A DNA stretch of 45,334 nucleotides. It comes from Clostridia bacterium. GTDB taxonomy: Bacteria > Bacillota > Clostridia > Oscillospirales > CAG-272. The first letter of the stretch is position 1; each line of letters opens with the position of its first letter. The notes under the pieces were generated by a model. It was not told where the DNA came from. It was given only the letters and a program-made list of their open reading frames with translations, and ran no database searches. Location of the stretch: assembly GCA_017619885.1 (NCBI GenBank), contig JAFZRM010000213.1, forward strand, positions 1 to 45,334, in the 5' to 3' direction. The translations under genes were made by a program, and so were the position numbers. Of the stretch, positions 27,920 to 37,835 are shown piece after piece.

Positions 27920-28583
27920 ACATCGTGATCGGCACGAGCCCGACCGCGATCAGAAGAACTCCGCAGATATACGTCAGCATGACGCAGAAGTCCGTTTTAT
28001 AAAACCGCGGACGGTCGTCGTAGCGGATCAGGAACAGCACGCAGTCGGACAGGAAGAATAGGACCGCGCCCGCGTACGACAGCGCGGACCATAAGCCGGG
28101 GGCGCAGATCAGCCGCGTCAGCGCGAAAACGTTCATGACGGAATTGCAGATCAGATACAGACACAGCGGCACAAGCATTATGCGCGGCGCTTTTTTGAAC
28201 GACAGCGCCATGACGGCCGCCGACACGCAGAGATAAGCGGCCGCCGCCGGAACGATTATCGATGCCGGTGCGGCGCCGAGACCCGCGAACCGCGCGAACA
28301 AGAGGATCAGCAGGACGTGACCGGCAAAGAACGAGACGCCGCCCGCGAAAAACCAGAGCTCGCCGTTAAACATCAGCAGCACGTCGCCGAGCCAGCAGGC
28401 GAAGAACGCCGCGATCAGAAGCAGATCCGGAGACGGCAGACCCGAAAACAGGCAGTAAAGGCAGAGCAGAAGCAAAAGCGCCGGCTTCGTCGCCCGGGAG
28501 ATCTTGTCGTTGTGTTTTGCCGCGGCGTAAAGATTGAAGGCAGCCGCGAAAAGATACAGGATAAGAAATATCAAAGAAGGCAT
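27918..28583 (-). CDS. YhhN-family membrane protein (lysoplasmalogenase-like)
   Basis: Trimmed to ATG 28583 (MPSLIFLILYLF...), 4 nt after GAGGAG; the ORF-track start at 28694 lies upstream of this gene's own promoter. About 8 TM segments, with a WLGDVLL motif. Confidence 0.6.
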   Translation of the reverse strand: MPSLIFLILYLFAAAFNLYAAAKHNDKISRATKPALLLLLCLYCLFSGLPSPDLLLIAAFFACWLGDVLLMFNGELWFFAGGVSFFAGHVLLILLFARFAGLGAAPASIIVPAAAAYLCVSAAVMALSFKKAPRIMLVPLCLYLICNSVMNVFALTRLICAPGLWSALSYAGAVLFFLSDCVLFLIRYDDRPRFYKTDFCVMLTYICGVLLIAVGLVPITM

Positions 28584-28640
28584 AAAACTCCTCTGTAAAC
28601 GTCGTATTGCCGCCGCAGCTTTGCAGGCGGTCACGGGGAT

Positions 28641-28669
28641 ATTATAAACAAAAAATCCGGTTTTGTCAA
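28641..28669 (-). promoter_or_regulatory. Sigma-A-type promoter of the YhhN gene
   Basis: The minus strand reads TTGACA (28669..28664), a 17-nt spacer, then TATAAT (28646..28641). Confidence 0.65.
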
Positions 28670-28710
28670 CTGCCGCCGGCATAAAATCGGGCAAGACGGG
28701 GCAAAAGGTG

Positions 28711-28739
28711 TTGACAAAACCGTTCGTTTGTTGTAAAAT
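28711..28739 (+). promoter_or_regulatory. Sigma-A-type promoter of the 544-aa surface protein gene
   Basis: TTGACA (28711..28716), a 17-nt spacer, then TAAAAT (28734..28739). It diverges from the YhhN promoter. Confidence 0.65.
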
Positions 28740-28771
28740 ATAAGCACAACGGAAAAAGGAGAGTAATAAAA

Positions 28772-30406
28772 ATGAAAAAAGTATTTGCGATCCTCACGGC
28801 CGCCGTCATCGCGCTGTCGCTTTGCGGCGCCGTTTCCGCCGCCGGAACTGAGGAGGAAGCGTTCGCCACGGTCGACGCCCTGCAGTTCGACGTACTTCCG
28901 GATATCGACGGCAAGGTGTCGGTCGAGGAATGGGGACAGCCCACCGTCGCGCACATCAAATATCCGGAAAATCCGCAGACCGATATCTGCAAAGACGATC
29001 AGACAGACGTGGAATTCACTATATGGTTCAGATATACGTTCGACGGCTTTTACGTAGCGGCGCAGGTGCCGGACACGAGCCCGTGCAACAAATACGTGCA
29101 CGATCACAACATCTGGAACGGCGACGCCCTTCAGATGAGGTTCGACCCGTACGGCTGTACCGAGGACCAGGGACTCACGCCCGCGTCGGCGAGGGAAGCA
29201 AACTATTCCGCCGACTATCAGGAGCTCGTGTTCGCCTATAACACCGAGGACGGGCTCTGTTATACGTACTGCTGGCACGGCATAATGGTCGGCCTCGCGC
29301 TTCAGAGCGAGGGCGGCAGCTACGCCGCGTCAAACGACGGAGCGCTGACGACGTACGAGATATTCATCCCGTGGAACGAGCTCGTGACGGTGCTGCCGCA
29401 CGTCGGCACGACGTACGGCATATCCGCGGCGATCCTCACCGCGACCGACGGCGAGAACAACAACGAATGGCAGAACTGGCTCGAATGGGGCGCGGGCGTA
29501 ATCAACGGCCGCGACGACAACATCTGCGGAACGAGCCGCATGGTCATGTCCGGCGAAACGGTGTTCGGCGGCGCGCCTCTCGTGGATCCGGCGCCCGACG
29601 CCACGGAGACCGTGAAGACCTCGATACCCGAGGCGGAGGGCGACGCGGTCATAATCGACTTTTCAAAGCTTTCCGGGCAGAACGCACTGCGTTTTGAGAA
29701 TAACGACGACGGCAGCGTGAAATTCACCTTTGAAGATAACAACGACCCGTACGTGACGCTCAACATTTCCGGTCAGGTCAAGATTAACGGCGAGGATTAC
29801 CCGTATTTCGCGATATATCTGCAGACGAACGACACGGACAGCAACGGCGAGCTGTTCTACTGCACGACCGGCAGCGTCAGCGATTTCACGCCGTATTACA
29901 GCGTCCCGCTCGAATACAGCTACGTCGACGGCAGACAGGTCGTCGTCGCGGACATGACCGACGCGCTCGAATACGAGGGTATCGTCGTCAAATTCCGCTT
30001 CGACCCGTACGACGGCTACTGCGCCGACCCGGACGAATCGCAGATCACCGTGTATTCCGCGGGCTTCTTCAAGAATTACGAGGACGCCGTGATGTTCCGT
30101 GCGAACGGCGTGTCGGTCGAGCTCGACCCCGAGTACGTCAAAGAGGTGTCAAACGATCCGGCCGGCACGACGACCGAAGCCGCCGCGACGCAGGCCGAGT
30201 CAACGACCGAACCTGCCGACGACACGACTGCGGCGACCGGCGACGTAACGGACGACGCCGGCACGACGGCAGCCGATACCAAAGACGGCGGAGAGCAGAG
30301 CAAAGGAAACAAAGCCCTCCCGTTCATCATCGCCGGCGCCGTCGCGGCCGCCGCCGCGATCGCGGCCGTGATCGCGGTCATTGCGGTTAAGAAAAAGAAG
30401 AAATAA
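28772..30406 (+). CDS. Cell-surface protein: signal peptide, CBM9/DOMON-like sugar-binding region, uncharacterised beta-module, T-rich linker, C-terminal TM anchor
   Basis: The signal peptide is MKKVFAILTAAVIALSLCGAVSAAG. The C-terminal ALPFIIAGAVAAAAAIAAVIAVIAVKKKKK is a TM helix with a positive tail. Assignment of the middle region is tentative. Confidence 0.5.
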   Translation: MKKVFAILTAAVIALSLCGAVSAAGTEEEAFATVDALQFDVLPDIDGKVSVEEWGQPTVAHIKYPENPQTDICKDDQTDVEFTIWFRYTFDGFYVAAQVPDTSPCNKYVHDHNIWNGDALQMRFDPYGCTEDQGLTPASAREANYSADYQELVFAYNTEDGLCYTYCWHGIMVGLALQSEGGSYAASNDGALTTYEIFIPWNELVTVLPHVGTTYGISAAILTATDGENNNEWQNWLEWGAGVINGRDDNICGTSRMVMSGETVFGGAPLVDPAPDATETVKTSIPEAEGDAVIIDFSKLSGQNALRFENNDDGSVKFTFEDNNDPYVTLNISGQVKINGEDYPYFAIYLQTNDTDSNGELFYCTTGSVSDFTPYYSVPLEYSYVDGRQVVVADMTDALEYEGIVVKFRFDPYDGYCADPDESQITVYSAGFFKNYEDAVMFRANGVSVELDPEYVKEVSNDPAGTTTEAAATQAESTTEPADDTTAATGDVTDDAGTTAADTKDGGEQSKGNKALPFIIAGAVAAAAAIAAVIAVIAVKKKKK

Positions 30407-30454
30407 ATCAACCGCAAAATCCGGCGTTTGAAAGCCACTGCATAAAAAAATAAA

Positions 30455-30500
30455 CCCGCTGTAACGTCTTTCCGGCCGGGAAAGCGTCACGGCGGGTTTT
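30455..30500 (+). terminator. Intrinsic terminator (long imperfect hairpin plus T-run)
   Basis: CCCGCTGTAACG...CGTCACGGCGGG encloses the inner palindrome CTTTCCGGCCGGGAAAG and is followed by TTTT. An upstream A-run may also let it serve the convergent ROK gene. Confidence 0.6.
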
Positions 30501-30506
30501 GCTGTT

Positions 30507-31448
30507 TCAGCGCCGCGGCGCAAGGCAAGCCGCGACTGACAGCGCGGCGACGTCTCCTATGTCGTCCCCGAAGTAAGCGGGCACGACGCGGCACACCGAG
30601 GCGGAGAAGGAAAGAGCTTCTTTTTTGATGACTTTCATCATCTCTTTTTGCATCAGGTCAGTACAGCGCGGATAAATGCCGCCTATGACGACGGCCTCGG
30701 GATTCAGCAGATCTATAATCACGGATATTCCGGAGCCGAGGCACCGAGCCGACTTTCTGTATATATTGATCGCGGTCTTGTCGCCTTTGTACGCCGCCTC
30801 GGCTATGCTTTTTGCGGTGACGAACGGTAATCCGTCCTCGTTTTCGCAGAACGCCGGTCCCGGCGCTCCTTTCGCAAACAGCTTTTTTGCGGCGGACACG
30901 CCGAGCTGTTTTATCCCTCCGCCGCTGCAGAATCCCTCAAACGATCCGGCTTTATTATATCCTACCGGTCCTTTTGCGGCGAGCCTTATATGCCCCGCCT
31001 CCCCGGCGTTGCCGTTCGTACCGGAATACGGCGCGCCGTTTATGATAAGTCCCGCGCCCATGCCGGTGCCGAACGTCAGGAACACCATGTTATCGGTGCC
31101 TTTCCCGGCGCCGTATTTCCATTCGGCGACGGCGCAGGCGTCGGCGTCGTTCTTTATCGCGCACTTTATCCCGAATCGTTCTTCTATCATATCGCGGATC
31201 GGGACGTTGTCCCAACCCGGAAGGTTCGGAGGCGACAGTATCACGCCGGCTTTTTCATCAAGCGGACCGCCGCAGCTGATCCCGACGGCGTCCGCCGTCC
31301 CGGCGGCCGAAACGGCGTCGAAAATAAGCGACAGCGTTTCCGCGCAGCCTCTCGTCTCAAATTTCGTCTTTCCGGTGACACGTCCCGTTTCGTCGCCCGT
31401 TACGACAGAACACTTCGTTCCGCCTATATCTATTCCGATAAGCTTCAT
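30507..31448 (-). CDS. ROK-family sugar kinase
   Basis: MKLIGIDIGGTK N-terminal ATPase motif, the GxGxGxG region FGTGMGAGLI, and GEAGH. Confidence 0.8.
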   Translation of the reverse strand: MKLIGIDIGGTKCSVVTGDETGRVTGKTKFETRGCAETLSLIFDAVSAAGTADAVGISCGGPLDEKAGVILSPPNLPGWDNVPIRDMIEERFGIKCAIKNDADACAVAEWKYGAGKGTDNMVFLTFGTGMGAGLIINGAPYSGTNGNAGEAGHIRLAAKGPVGYNKAGSFEGFCSGGGIKQLGVSAAKKLFAKGAPGPAFCENEDGLPFVTAKSIAEAAYKGDKTAINIYRKSARCLGSGISVIIDLLNPEAVVIGGIYPRCTDLMQKEMMKVIKKEALSFSASVCRVVPAYFGDDIGDVAALSVAACLAPRR

Positions 31449-31452
31449 ATGA

Positions 31453-32094
31453 TCACCCGAAAAACTCTTCTTCCAGACATAGACATACGGCGTGATAGAC
31501 GGGGAGGTGGAGCTCCTGGACTTTATACGTCTCGGTCTCCGGCACGGTCACGCATATGTCGCATATGTTTTTTAACTTTCCGCCGGTCTTTCCCGTCAGC
31601 GCGGCGGTCGTCATTCCCCGGGCTTTCGCTGCGGGCACGGCGAAGCACACGTTTTCTGAGCTGCCTGACGTGCTGATACAAAGCAGAAGATCGCCCGGTC
31701 TGCCCAGCGCGTACACCTGCTGAGCGTATATCAGAGACGGATCGGCGTCGTTCGAATACGCGGTTATAAGCGCCGTTTCGTTATACAGCGATATCGCCGG
31801 CAGCGGTGACTGCAGCTTTTCCGCAAGGACCGCGCCGTCTTCGCCGAGTTTTTCAAGCTCCGACTTTTCCTTCGCGTCAAGCGGTCTTTTCTTGCAAAAG
31901 CCCTTCATAAGCTCGCCTACGATATGCTGCGCGTCGGCGGCGGAACCGCCGTTGCCGCATATGAGCAGTTTGCCTCCGTTTTTATAACAGAGGATAAGCG
32001 CCTCCGCCAGCTTTTTTATATCGTTTGTGCATACCGACAGCGCCGGATATCTTTCCGTCAATCCGTCGAGCACAGTCATCGAAGCTTTTTTCAT
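31453..32094 (-). CDS. SIS-domain sugar-phosphate isomerase, GmhA/DiaA family
   Basis: Trimmed to ATG 32094; the ORF-track start at 32154 lies in the -35 box. LICGNGGSAADAQHIVGEL, ISTSGSSENV and TGKTGGKL match phosphoheptose-isomerase-type SIS domains. Confidence 0.7.
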   Translation of the reverse strand: MKKASMTVLDGLTERYPALSVCTNDIKKLAEALILCYKNGGKLLICGNGGSAADAQHIVGELMKGFCKKRPLDAKEKSELEKLGEDGAVLAEKLQSPLPAISLYNETALITAYSNDADPSLIYAQQVYALGRPGDLLLCISTSGSSENVCFAVPAAKARGMTTAALTGKTGGKLKNICDICVTVPETETYKVQELHLPVYHAVCLCLEEEFFG

Positions 32095-32125
32095 CCCGCA
32101 CCCCGCTAAGTTTATTTCATGATGG

Positions 32126-32154
32126 ATTATAGCACGGACGGCATGATTTGTCAA
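32126..32154 (-). promoter_or_regulatory. Sigma-A-type promoter of the SIS-ROK operon
   Basis: The minus strand reads TTGACA (32154..32149), a 17-nt spacer, then TATAAT (32131..32126). Confidence 0.7.
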
Positions 32155-32226
32155 CGCCCCGGGCGCTGCTGCACCGAAAAAAACGGCGTCATCCTCATTT
32201 TTTAAAGAAAATTTGCATAATGCGTG

Positions 32227-32255
32227 TTGCTTTGTCCGGCGCCGCGGTTTATAAT
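32227..32255 (+). promoter_or_regulatory. Sigma-A-type promoter of the GH2 gene
   Basis: TTGCTT (32227..32232), a 17-nt spacer, then TATAAT (32250..32255). RBS GGAGGGA precedes ATG 32287. Confidence 0.6.
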
Positions 32256-32286
32256 CGTATCATAAAAAATAAAAACCGGAGGGACA

Positions 32287-34683
32287 ATGGACAGGTCGAT
32301 ATTACTCGGGCTTGACGGCGAATGGACGCTGTCGTATATGCGGGACCGCGAATACGCCGGACTCGCCGAAAAACCGCGGCGAGGCGCGGAGCTGCCGCCG
32401 CTTGAAAAGCTGACGGTAAAAGTGCCCGGCGTTTTCGGGCAGGATCTTTACCTGGCCGGAAAGACCAAAGATCCTTATTACTCGCTCAACATCCTCGATC
32501 AACAGGATTACGAGGATATGCATCTGTTTTATTACCGCCGCTTCCCGGCCGTGCCGGGCGGCAGGCTTTTTCTGCGCCTTGAAGGGACAGACACGTTTGC
32601 CGACGTGTTCGTAAACGGCTGTCTGATCGGCAGGACCGACAATATGCTGATACCGTTTGAGATGCCGGTGCCGGACGGTCTGCTGACAGATGAGAACGAG
32701 ATATTCATACACATAAAGCCCGCCTCCGCGGTGAGCAGACTGCGCCCGACTCCCGCGAATTCTGCGTGTTTGCCGTATCTGTCGGATATGCTGTACATCA
32801 GACGCGCGCCGTCGCTGTGCGGCTGGGATATTATGCCGCGCATACCGTCGGGCGGGATATGGCGCTCCGTCAGTATCGTAAAAAAGCCCGAAAACGGCAT
32901 CGGCGACGCGTTTATTTATACGGTGTCAGCCGTTGACGGCGGCGACTCGGTCCTGTATCTGCGCTACACGCTCGATATCCCTTGTGACGATCTGAAGGAC
33001 TTTACGATCGCAGCCGGGGGCGTATGCGGCGACAGCCGGTTTTACGCCGAAAGCCGCGTTTACGGTATCTGCGGATCGCTGCGGATTAACGTTCCGGACT
33101 CAAAACTCTGGTATCCGAAAAATTACGGAGAACCGTCGCTTTACGACGTCAGGATAACGCTGTATAAGAACGGAATACCGGCAGACGTGTACGAGACGCG
33201 CGCCGGTATACGCACCGTCCGGCTCGACCGTACGAGCACCACGGACGTCGGCGGGAACGGAGAATTCTGTTTCGTGATAAACGGGAAAAAGATCTTTTAT
33301 CTCGGCACGAACTGGGTGCCGCTCGACGCGTTCCACTCGAACGATATAAAGCGGCTCGATCAAGCGTTTGCGCTGCTTCTCGATTCCGGCTGCAACGGCG
33401 TGCGCTGCTGGGGCGGCAACGTCTACGAAAGCGACCGTTTCTATGAGCTGTGCGATGAACACGGGATCATGGTGTGGCAGGATTTCGCGATGGCGTGCGG
33501 CGTTTACCCGCAGGAACCGGAGTTTTATGAAATGATTCGCGCCGAGGTCAAAGCGACGGTGAAGCGTCTGCGCAACCATCCCGGCGTCATACTCTGGGCG
33601 GGGGACAACGAATGCGATTACTCGTATATGTACGGCAGCGGCGTCACGCTCGATCCGAACGGCAACGCGATAACGAGGCGAGTGATACCGGAGATACTGA
33701 GAGCCGAGGATTTTTTGCGTCCTTATCTGCCTTCTTCCCCGTACATCGACGAGGAAGGGTTCAGATCCGGCGGAGGCGACGGATACGGCGCGCTGTCGGA
33801 GGATCACATCTGGGGACCGCGCGATTACTACAAAGGCAAGTATTATAAAAGCACGTTATGCCATTTCGCAAGCGAGATCGGGTATCACGGCTGCCCGTCC
33901 CCGTCCTCGCTTTCGAGGTTCATTTCACCGGAAAATCTGTATCACTGGTATGACGAAAAGATACTGCAAAATGAGGGCAGATATACGTCGAACGCCGAAT
34001 GGCGCGTACACGGCGCCTCGCCCGAGATAAGCGAAAACGCGCCGTTTGCATACCGCACCGCCCTTATGGTAAACCAGATAAAAACGCTGTTCGGCGGCGT
34101 GCCGGAAGATCTGACCGATTTTACATTTGCGAGCCAGATATCGCAGGCGGAAGCGATGAAATTTTTTATCGAACGGTTCAGACTGTCGAAATGGCGGCGC
34201 ACGGGCATAATCTGGTGGAACCTGATCGACGGCTGGCCGCAGATATCCGACGCGGTCGTGGATTATTATTACGGCAAAAAACTCGCGTATCACTACATAC
34301 GGCGCGCTCAGCAGCCGGTCTGCTTCATGTTCGACGAACCGGAGGAGCGCGAAGGCAAAACGTGCGTAAGGCTCTGCGGCGTAAACGACCTGCAGAAAGA
34401 CGCAGACTGTGAATACCGTGTTTACCGCATAGGCGTACTTTCTCTCGACGCGCCCGAAGATTTCGGAAAAATAAAGATCGCAAACGGCGCTATAACGCTT
34501 AAAAACAACGAAAGTGTAACGGTGGCTTACGTCGACTTTGAAGATCACGCGTTTTATCTGATAGAGTGGGAATACGGCGGGCAAACGTACCGCAACACGT
34601 ATCTGTGCGGCGACCCGGTCGTAAGCCTTGAAAAATACGTAAAAGCGCTCGATATAACGGGAATGAACGACTTTTCGGAATAA
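32287..34683 (+). CDS. Beta-mannosidase-like glycoside hydrolase (GH2)
   Basis: 798 aa. WGGNVYESDRFYELCDEHGIMVWQDFAMAC, WAGDNEC (acid/base region) and FASEIGYHG (nucleophile region) match GH2 beta-mannosidases. Confidence 0.8.
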   Translation: MDRSILLGLDGEWTLSYMRDREYAGLAEKPRRGAELPPLEKLTVKVPGVFGQDLYLAGKTKDPYYSLNILDQQDYEDMHLFYYRRFPAVPGGRLFLRLEGTDTFADVFVNGCLIGRTDNMLIPFEMPVPDGLLTDENEIFIHIKPASAVSRLRPTPANSACLPYLSDMLYIRRAPSLCGWDIMPRIPSGGIWRSVSIVKKPENGIGDAFIYTVSAVDGGDSVLYLRYTLDIPCDDLKDFTIAAGGVCGDSRFYAESRVYGICGSLRINVPDSKLWYPKNYGEPSLYDVRITLYKNGIPADVYETRAGIRTVRLDRTSTTDVGGNGEFCFVINGKKIFYLGTNWVPLDAFHSNDIKRLDQAFALLLDSGCNGVRCWGGNVYESDRFYELCDEHGIMVWQDFAMACGVYPQEPEFYEMIRAEVKATVKRLRNHPGVILWAGDNECDYSYMYGSGVTLDPNGNAITRRVIPEILRAEDFLRPYLPSSPYIDEEGFRSGGGDGYGALSEDHIWGPRDYYKGKYYKSTLCHFASEIGYHGCPSPSSLSRFISPENLYHWYDEKILQNEGRYTSNAEWRVHGASPEISENAPFAYRTALMVNQIKTLFGGVPEDLTDFTFASQISQAEAMKFFIERFRLSKWRRTGIIWWNLIDGWPQISDAVVDYYYGKKLAYHYIRRAQQPVCFMFDEPEEREGKTCVRLCGVNDLQKDADCEYRVYRIGVLSLDAPEDFGKIKIANGAITLKNNESVTVAYVDFEDHAFYLIEWEYGGQTYRNTYLCGDPVVSLEKYVKALDITGMNDFSE

Positions 34684-34688
34684 AAAAA

Positions 34689-34721
34689 ACGGACCGCAGC
34701 CCCGGGCTGCGGTCCGTTTTT
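34689..34721. terminator. Bidirectional intrinsic terminator
   Basis: GC-rich stem CGGACCGCAGC/GCTGCGGTCCG, flanked by an A8 run and a T5 run, between convergent genes. Confidence 0.75.
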
Positions 34722-34777
34722 CGTTCATGGCGGCGGTAATTTCGCGGTCATTTGTCCGCCGTCGTTTGAAGTGTTTT

Positions 34778-37768
34778 TTAATAAAGCGCTCTGTACAGTG
34801 TCGTGAGCACGTTCGTGTCGGTTATTTTTTCGTTCGATATCACAAGAAGTCCGTCGCTTGTTACCGTAACAGCTTTGCCCGCCTTTTCTACCGGGGCGTT
34901 TGCTTTTACGTATTTAACACCGTAATGATCATATACGGTCTCGCCCGCGCAGTCTATACCGAGTATTTTCAGCGTGTCGACCGGAAGATAGAAATCATAG
35001 CCGGTCGCCAGAAGCGTCGTTTTCGTGCTGTCGCCGAGCTTCGTGAGCTTGCCGTTTATATATGCGCAATAGCCGTTGGATTTGAAGACCGCCATATCGG
35101 ATGTCAGGCACGCCGGGACCGCCGCCTTCGTCTCCTCCGTCGTGAAACGGTAGCAGAAACGCGCGTCCGGCGCGGCGTCGCCTTTATCGAGGAAGCACAT
35201 TATTTCGCCGTCGTTTACCGAATTGTCAGCCCATTTGAAATCGAGGAGCTTTCCGTTATAGCCTATGAGCGAGGCTTTGATTTTTATCTGTATCGTCTTT
35301 CCGTCGACCTTGTATTCCGCGTCGCCGACTTTTTCAAACTCCCAGCCGTCCTTGAATTTTTCTACCGAGGCTTTGCCGCCCTCTCCCGATCTGTTTATGA
35401 TATAATCGAAGCCGTACCAGCCCGTTTTATCGTCGTTATCCGATTTTATGAACAGATTCATCCAGTTGTCGCCCTCACGCGGCGTGATGTCCGCGGCGCA
35501 TTCCGCCATAAAGTACAGATATTCGTTATCGGAGCTTACCTTTGCCGTAAGTATGTCGTTTCTCCCGGTCTCGTTTATGTATCTCAATTTTCCGACGTTT
35601 GAGGCGTGGTTGCGCTTTATAGTATCTCCGTAAACGTCGCGGAATTCCGGCCCCACGGTGTACCACTGCACGGCGCTGCCGTCAAGGTCTATCGTGCTCT
35701 GACCGAAAGCCGCCTCCGGCGGACGCGAGCCCTTGTATCTTCTGACGTTTTGGACCATCTGATAATAGTAGTTATCCTTGAAGCCTCCCGTCATCGGCTC
35801 TATATCTCTCGAATACTCGGCGTTGAAGTTGTCGCAGTAGGTGTTTTTCGTATTGCCGCCCTTTGTAGACGTATATTCGCCCGCCATACGTTTTCCGGAG
35901 TCCTCATATCGGCCAGCCCACCATTCGTTCCAGCCGGTTATCATTATAAGCTCGGGATCTCTTTTGATGGCTTGGTCGAAGCATTCCTGGAAAGCAAGCC
36001 CGAGACCGCTCGTCTGCGGATAAAGACCGAAGCCCATGTTCCAGTCGCCCTGAGCGAGCTCAAATGGCTCGCCTGACTTTTTGGTGTAGCTTCTTCCGGC
36101 GTCGGTACCATAGCTTCCGTCAGCCCAGAAGCCGCACATGACCACCATCTGCTCGATGACGCGCTTGCCGTCGTCCTTGCGGAAGCCCGGTTTCTGCGGA
36201 TACATCGAAGCCCACGGCCAGCAATCGTAGCCGCTTCTGTTTTTATACCAGCCGTTGCCGAATTCCTCGGCTTCCGTAGCCCATGAAATACGTATCGTAA
36301 AGAAATCCTTTTGTTCCTCGGATATGTCGAAAAGCGAGGATATGAACATAAGCACCGGCTTGCCGCGCCATTTGAACCATATATCCTCATACAGATTCGC
36401 TTTATACAGGTCGTTCCATATCGCGTCGAATTCCTTTTTGTCCGTGTCTTTTAAAATAAAGCAGACGTCGGGAGTTTTCAGGCCCTCTTTTCTCATTTTC
36501 GTCCATACGCGCATGACCGCCTCGTAATTCGTTTTATAAAGAGGACCGTTCGTCGCGTCGAAATAGACGAAGTCTATACCTGCCTCCGCTAACATCGCGC
36601 CGTGTTTGCGGAGCACCCATTCGTCGTTTGTACAGTAGTAGCCGAAATACGGCTGTCCCCAGTAGTGAAGGCTTCCCAATTCGCCCTGGTTTATCGTTTT
36701 CCATACCTGATCCATACCGCCGTCTTCATAAGCCGTCGTATGGTCGTATACGGGCTTGCCCGTATTCGCCTCCTCGTGCCAGAGAAAATAGAATATACCG
36801 ACCTTTTTTTCATTCGGCGTAACGCCCGAATACGTTATTTCTCTGCCGACGTCGTCGTACGCCGTCCAGGTGTCGGCGTGTATGTCGACGGTGTTCTGCT
36901 TTATGCCGTCGTTTTCTCCGCCTGTAACGACAGTTTTCATAAGACCGTCGCACGAATAATCGGTTATAACGGCGTCCTGCGGCAGGATGTGGCTCCAGAG
37001 GTGGAAATAACCGCATTTCGGGATTTCCTTATCGACGGTGTCAGTCAGCTTCGTTTCGGTTTCGCCGGGCTTATACAGACCGTAGCTTTTACCGTCGATC
37101 TTTACGATTGCGATCTCGTGATAATCCGCGCCGCCGTAAATCGTTATCGTGTTCGACACGGGATCGTCGACGATCCTTATCTTCTCGCCTTCCGATACGT
37201 CGATGCCGCTGTCCGTGTACGTCGTCTCGGGCCATTCGCCCATCCTCATGCCTATTTTGGTGTTTCTTATGGCGAGCCATACGCCGGTGTGCGCGGTCGG
37301 GTCGTTTGTCGGTTCGGCAAGCCTTAAACCGATGAAAATGGTAAACCACCTGTACTGACCGCTTTTGGCGGGATTTTTGAGCGTGAAGGAATACGTCGAT
37401 TTTCCGGTATCGGACGACGGAAATTTCGTGTAAACTCCGCCGACGTCGTCCTTCGGGTACGTTATCGTGCCGTCCTTTGTAACGACGTTTCTGACAAAGC
37501 CGAAATAACCGTCCTCAGAGCCGCCGTTTTTGAATTCGACGCTCGTGCTCTTAAGCTCGGTCTTGTCTTCAAAATCATAATCTTTAAGCGTTATGTCGGT
37601 ATTGAGGCTGTACTCGATCGCGGGCGCGGACGTATCCTCCGGCTCCGTCGTCACCGCTTCGGTCGCCGTTATATCCGTCGTCGTCTCAGACGTGCCGCCG
37701 CACGATACGAGCGCCGTTAAAGCGAAAAAAGCTGACAAAAAATAACATAAAAGTCTTTTGATTTTCAT
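34778..37768 (-). CDS. Large secreted lipoprotein, probable carbohydrate-active enzyme (family not recognised)
   Basis: Signal and lipobox MKIKRLLCYFLSAFFALTALVSCGG, then a T/E-rich linker. The central region (VGIFYFLWHEE...HYWGQPYFGYY...AGIDFVYFDATNG) looks like a TIM-barrel glycosidase. RBS GAGGAGG lies upstream. The function is inferred. Confidence 0.45.
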   Translation of the reverse strand: MKIKRLLCYFLSAFFALTALVSCGGTSETTTDITATEAVTTEPEDTSAPAIEYSLNTDITLKDYDFEDKTELKSTSVEFKNGGSEDGYFGFVRNVVTKDGTITYPKDDVGGVYTKFPSSDTGKSTYSFTLKNPAKSGQYRWFTIFIGLRLAEPTNDPTAHTGVWLAIRNTKIGMRMGEWPETTYTDSGIDVSEGEKIRIVDDPVSNTITIYGGADYHEIAIVKIDGKSYGLYKPGETETKLTDTVDKEIPKCGYFHLWSHILPQDAVITDYSCDGLMKTVVTGGENDGIKQNTVDIHADTWTAYDDVGREITYSGVTPNEKKVGIFYFLWHEEANTGKPVYDHTTAYEDGGMDQVWKTINQGELGSLHYWGQPYFGYYCTNDEWVLRKHGAMLAEAGIDFVYFDATNGPLYKTNYEAVMRVWTKMRKEGLKTPDVCFILKDTDKKEFDAIWNDLYKANLYEDIWFKWRGKPVLMFISSLFDISEEQKDFFTIRISWATEAEEFGNGWYKNRSGYDCWPWASMYPQKPGFRKDDGKRVIEQMVVMCGFWADGSYGTDAGRSYTKKSGEPFELAQGDWNMGFGLYPQTSGLGLAFQECFDQAIKRDPELIMITGWNEWWAGRYEDSGKRMAGEYTSTKGGNTKNTYCDNFNAEYSRDIEPMTGGFKDNYYYQMVQNVRRYKGSRPPEAAFGQSTIDLDGSAVQWYTVGPEFRDVYGDTIKRNHASNVGKLRYINETGRNDILTAKVSSDNEYLYFMAECAADITPREGDNWMNLFIKSDNDDKTGWYGFDYIINRSGEGGKASVEKFKDGWEFEKVGDAEYKVDGKTIQIKIKASLIGYNGKLLDFKWADNSVNDGEIMCFLDKGDAAPDARFCYRFTTEETKAAVPACLTSDMAVFKSNGYCAYINGKLTKLGDSTKTTLLATGYDFYLPVDTLKILGIDCAGETVYDHYGVKYVKANAPVEKAGKAVTVTSDGLLVISNEKITDTNVLTTLYRALY

Positions 37769-37835
37769 ATATGCCTCCTCGTTATCCGTTATTTTTCTTT
37801 ATTGATCCGCCGGCGGAAATGCTGATCTTTCGCAA

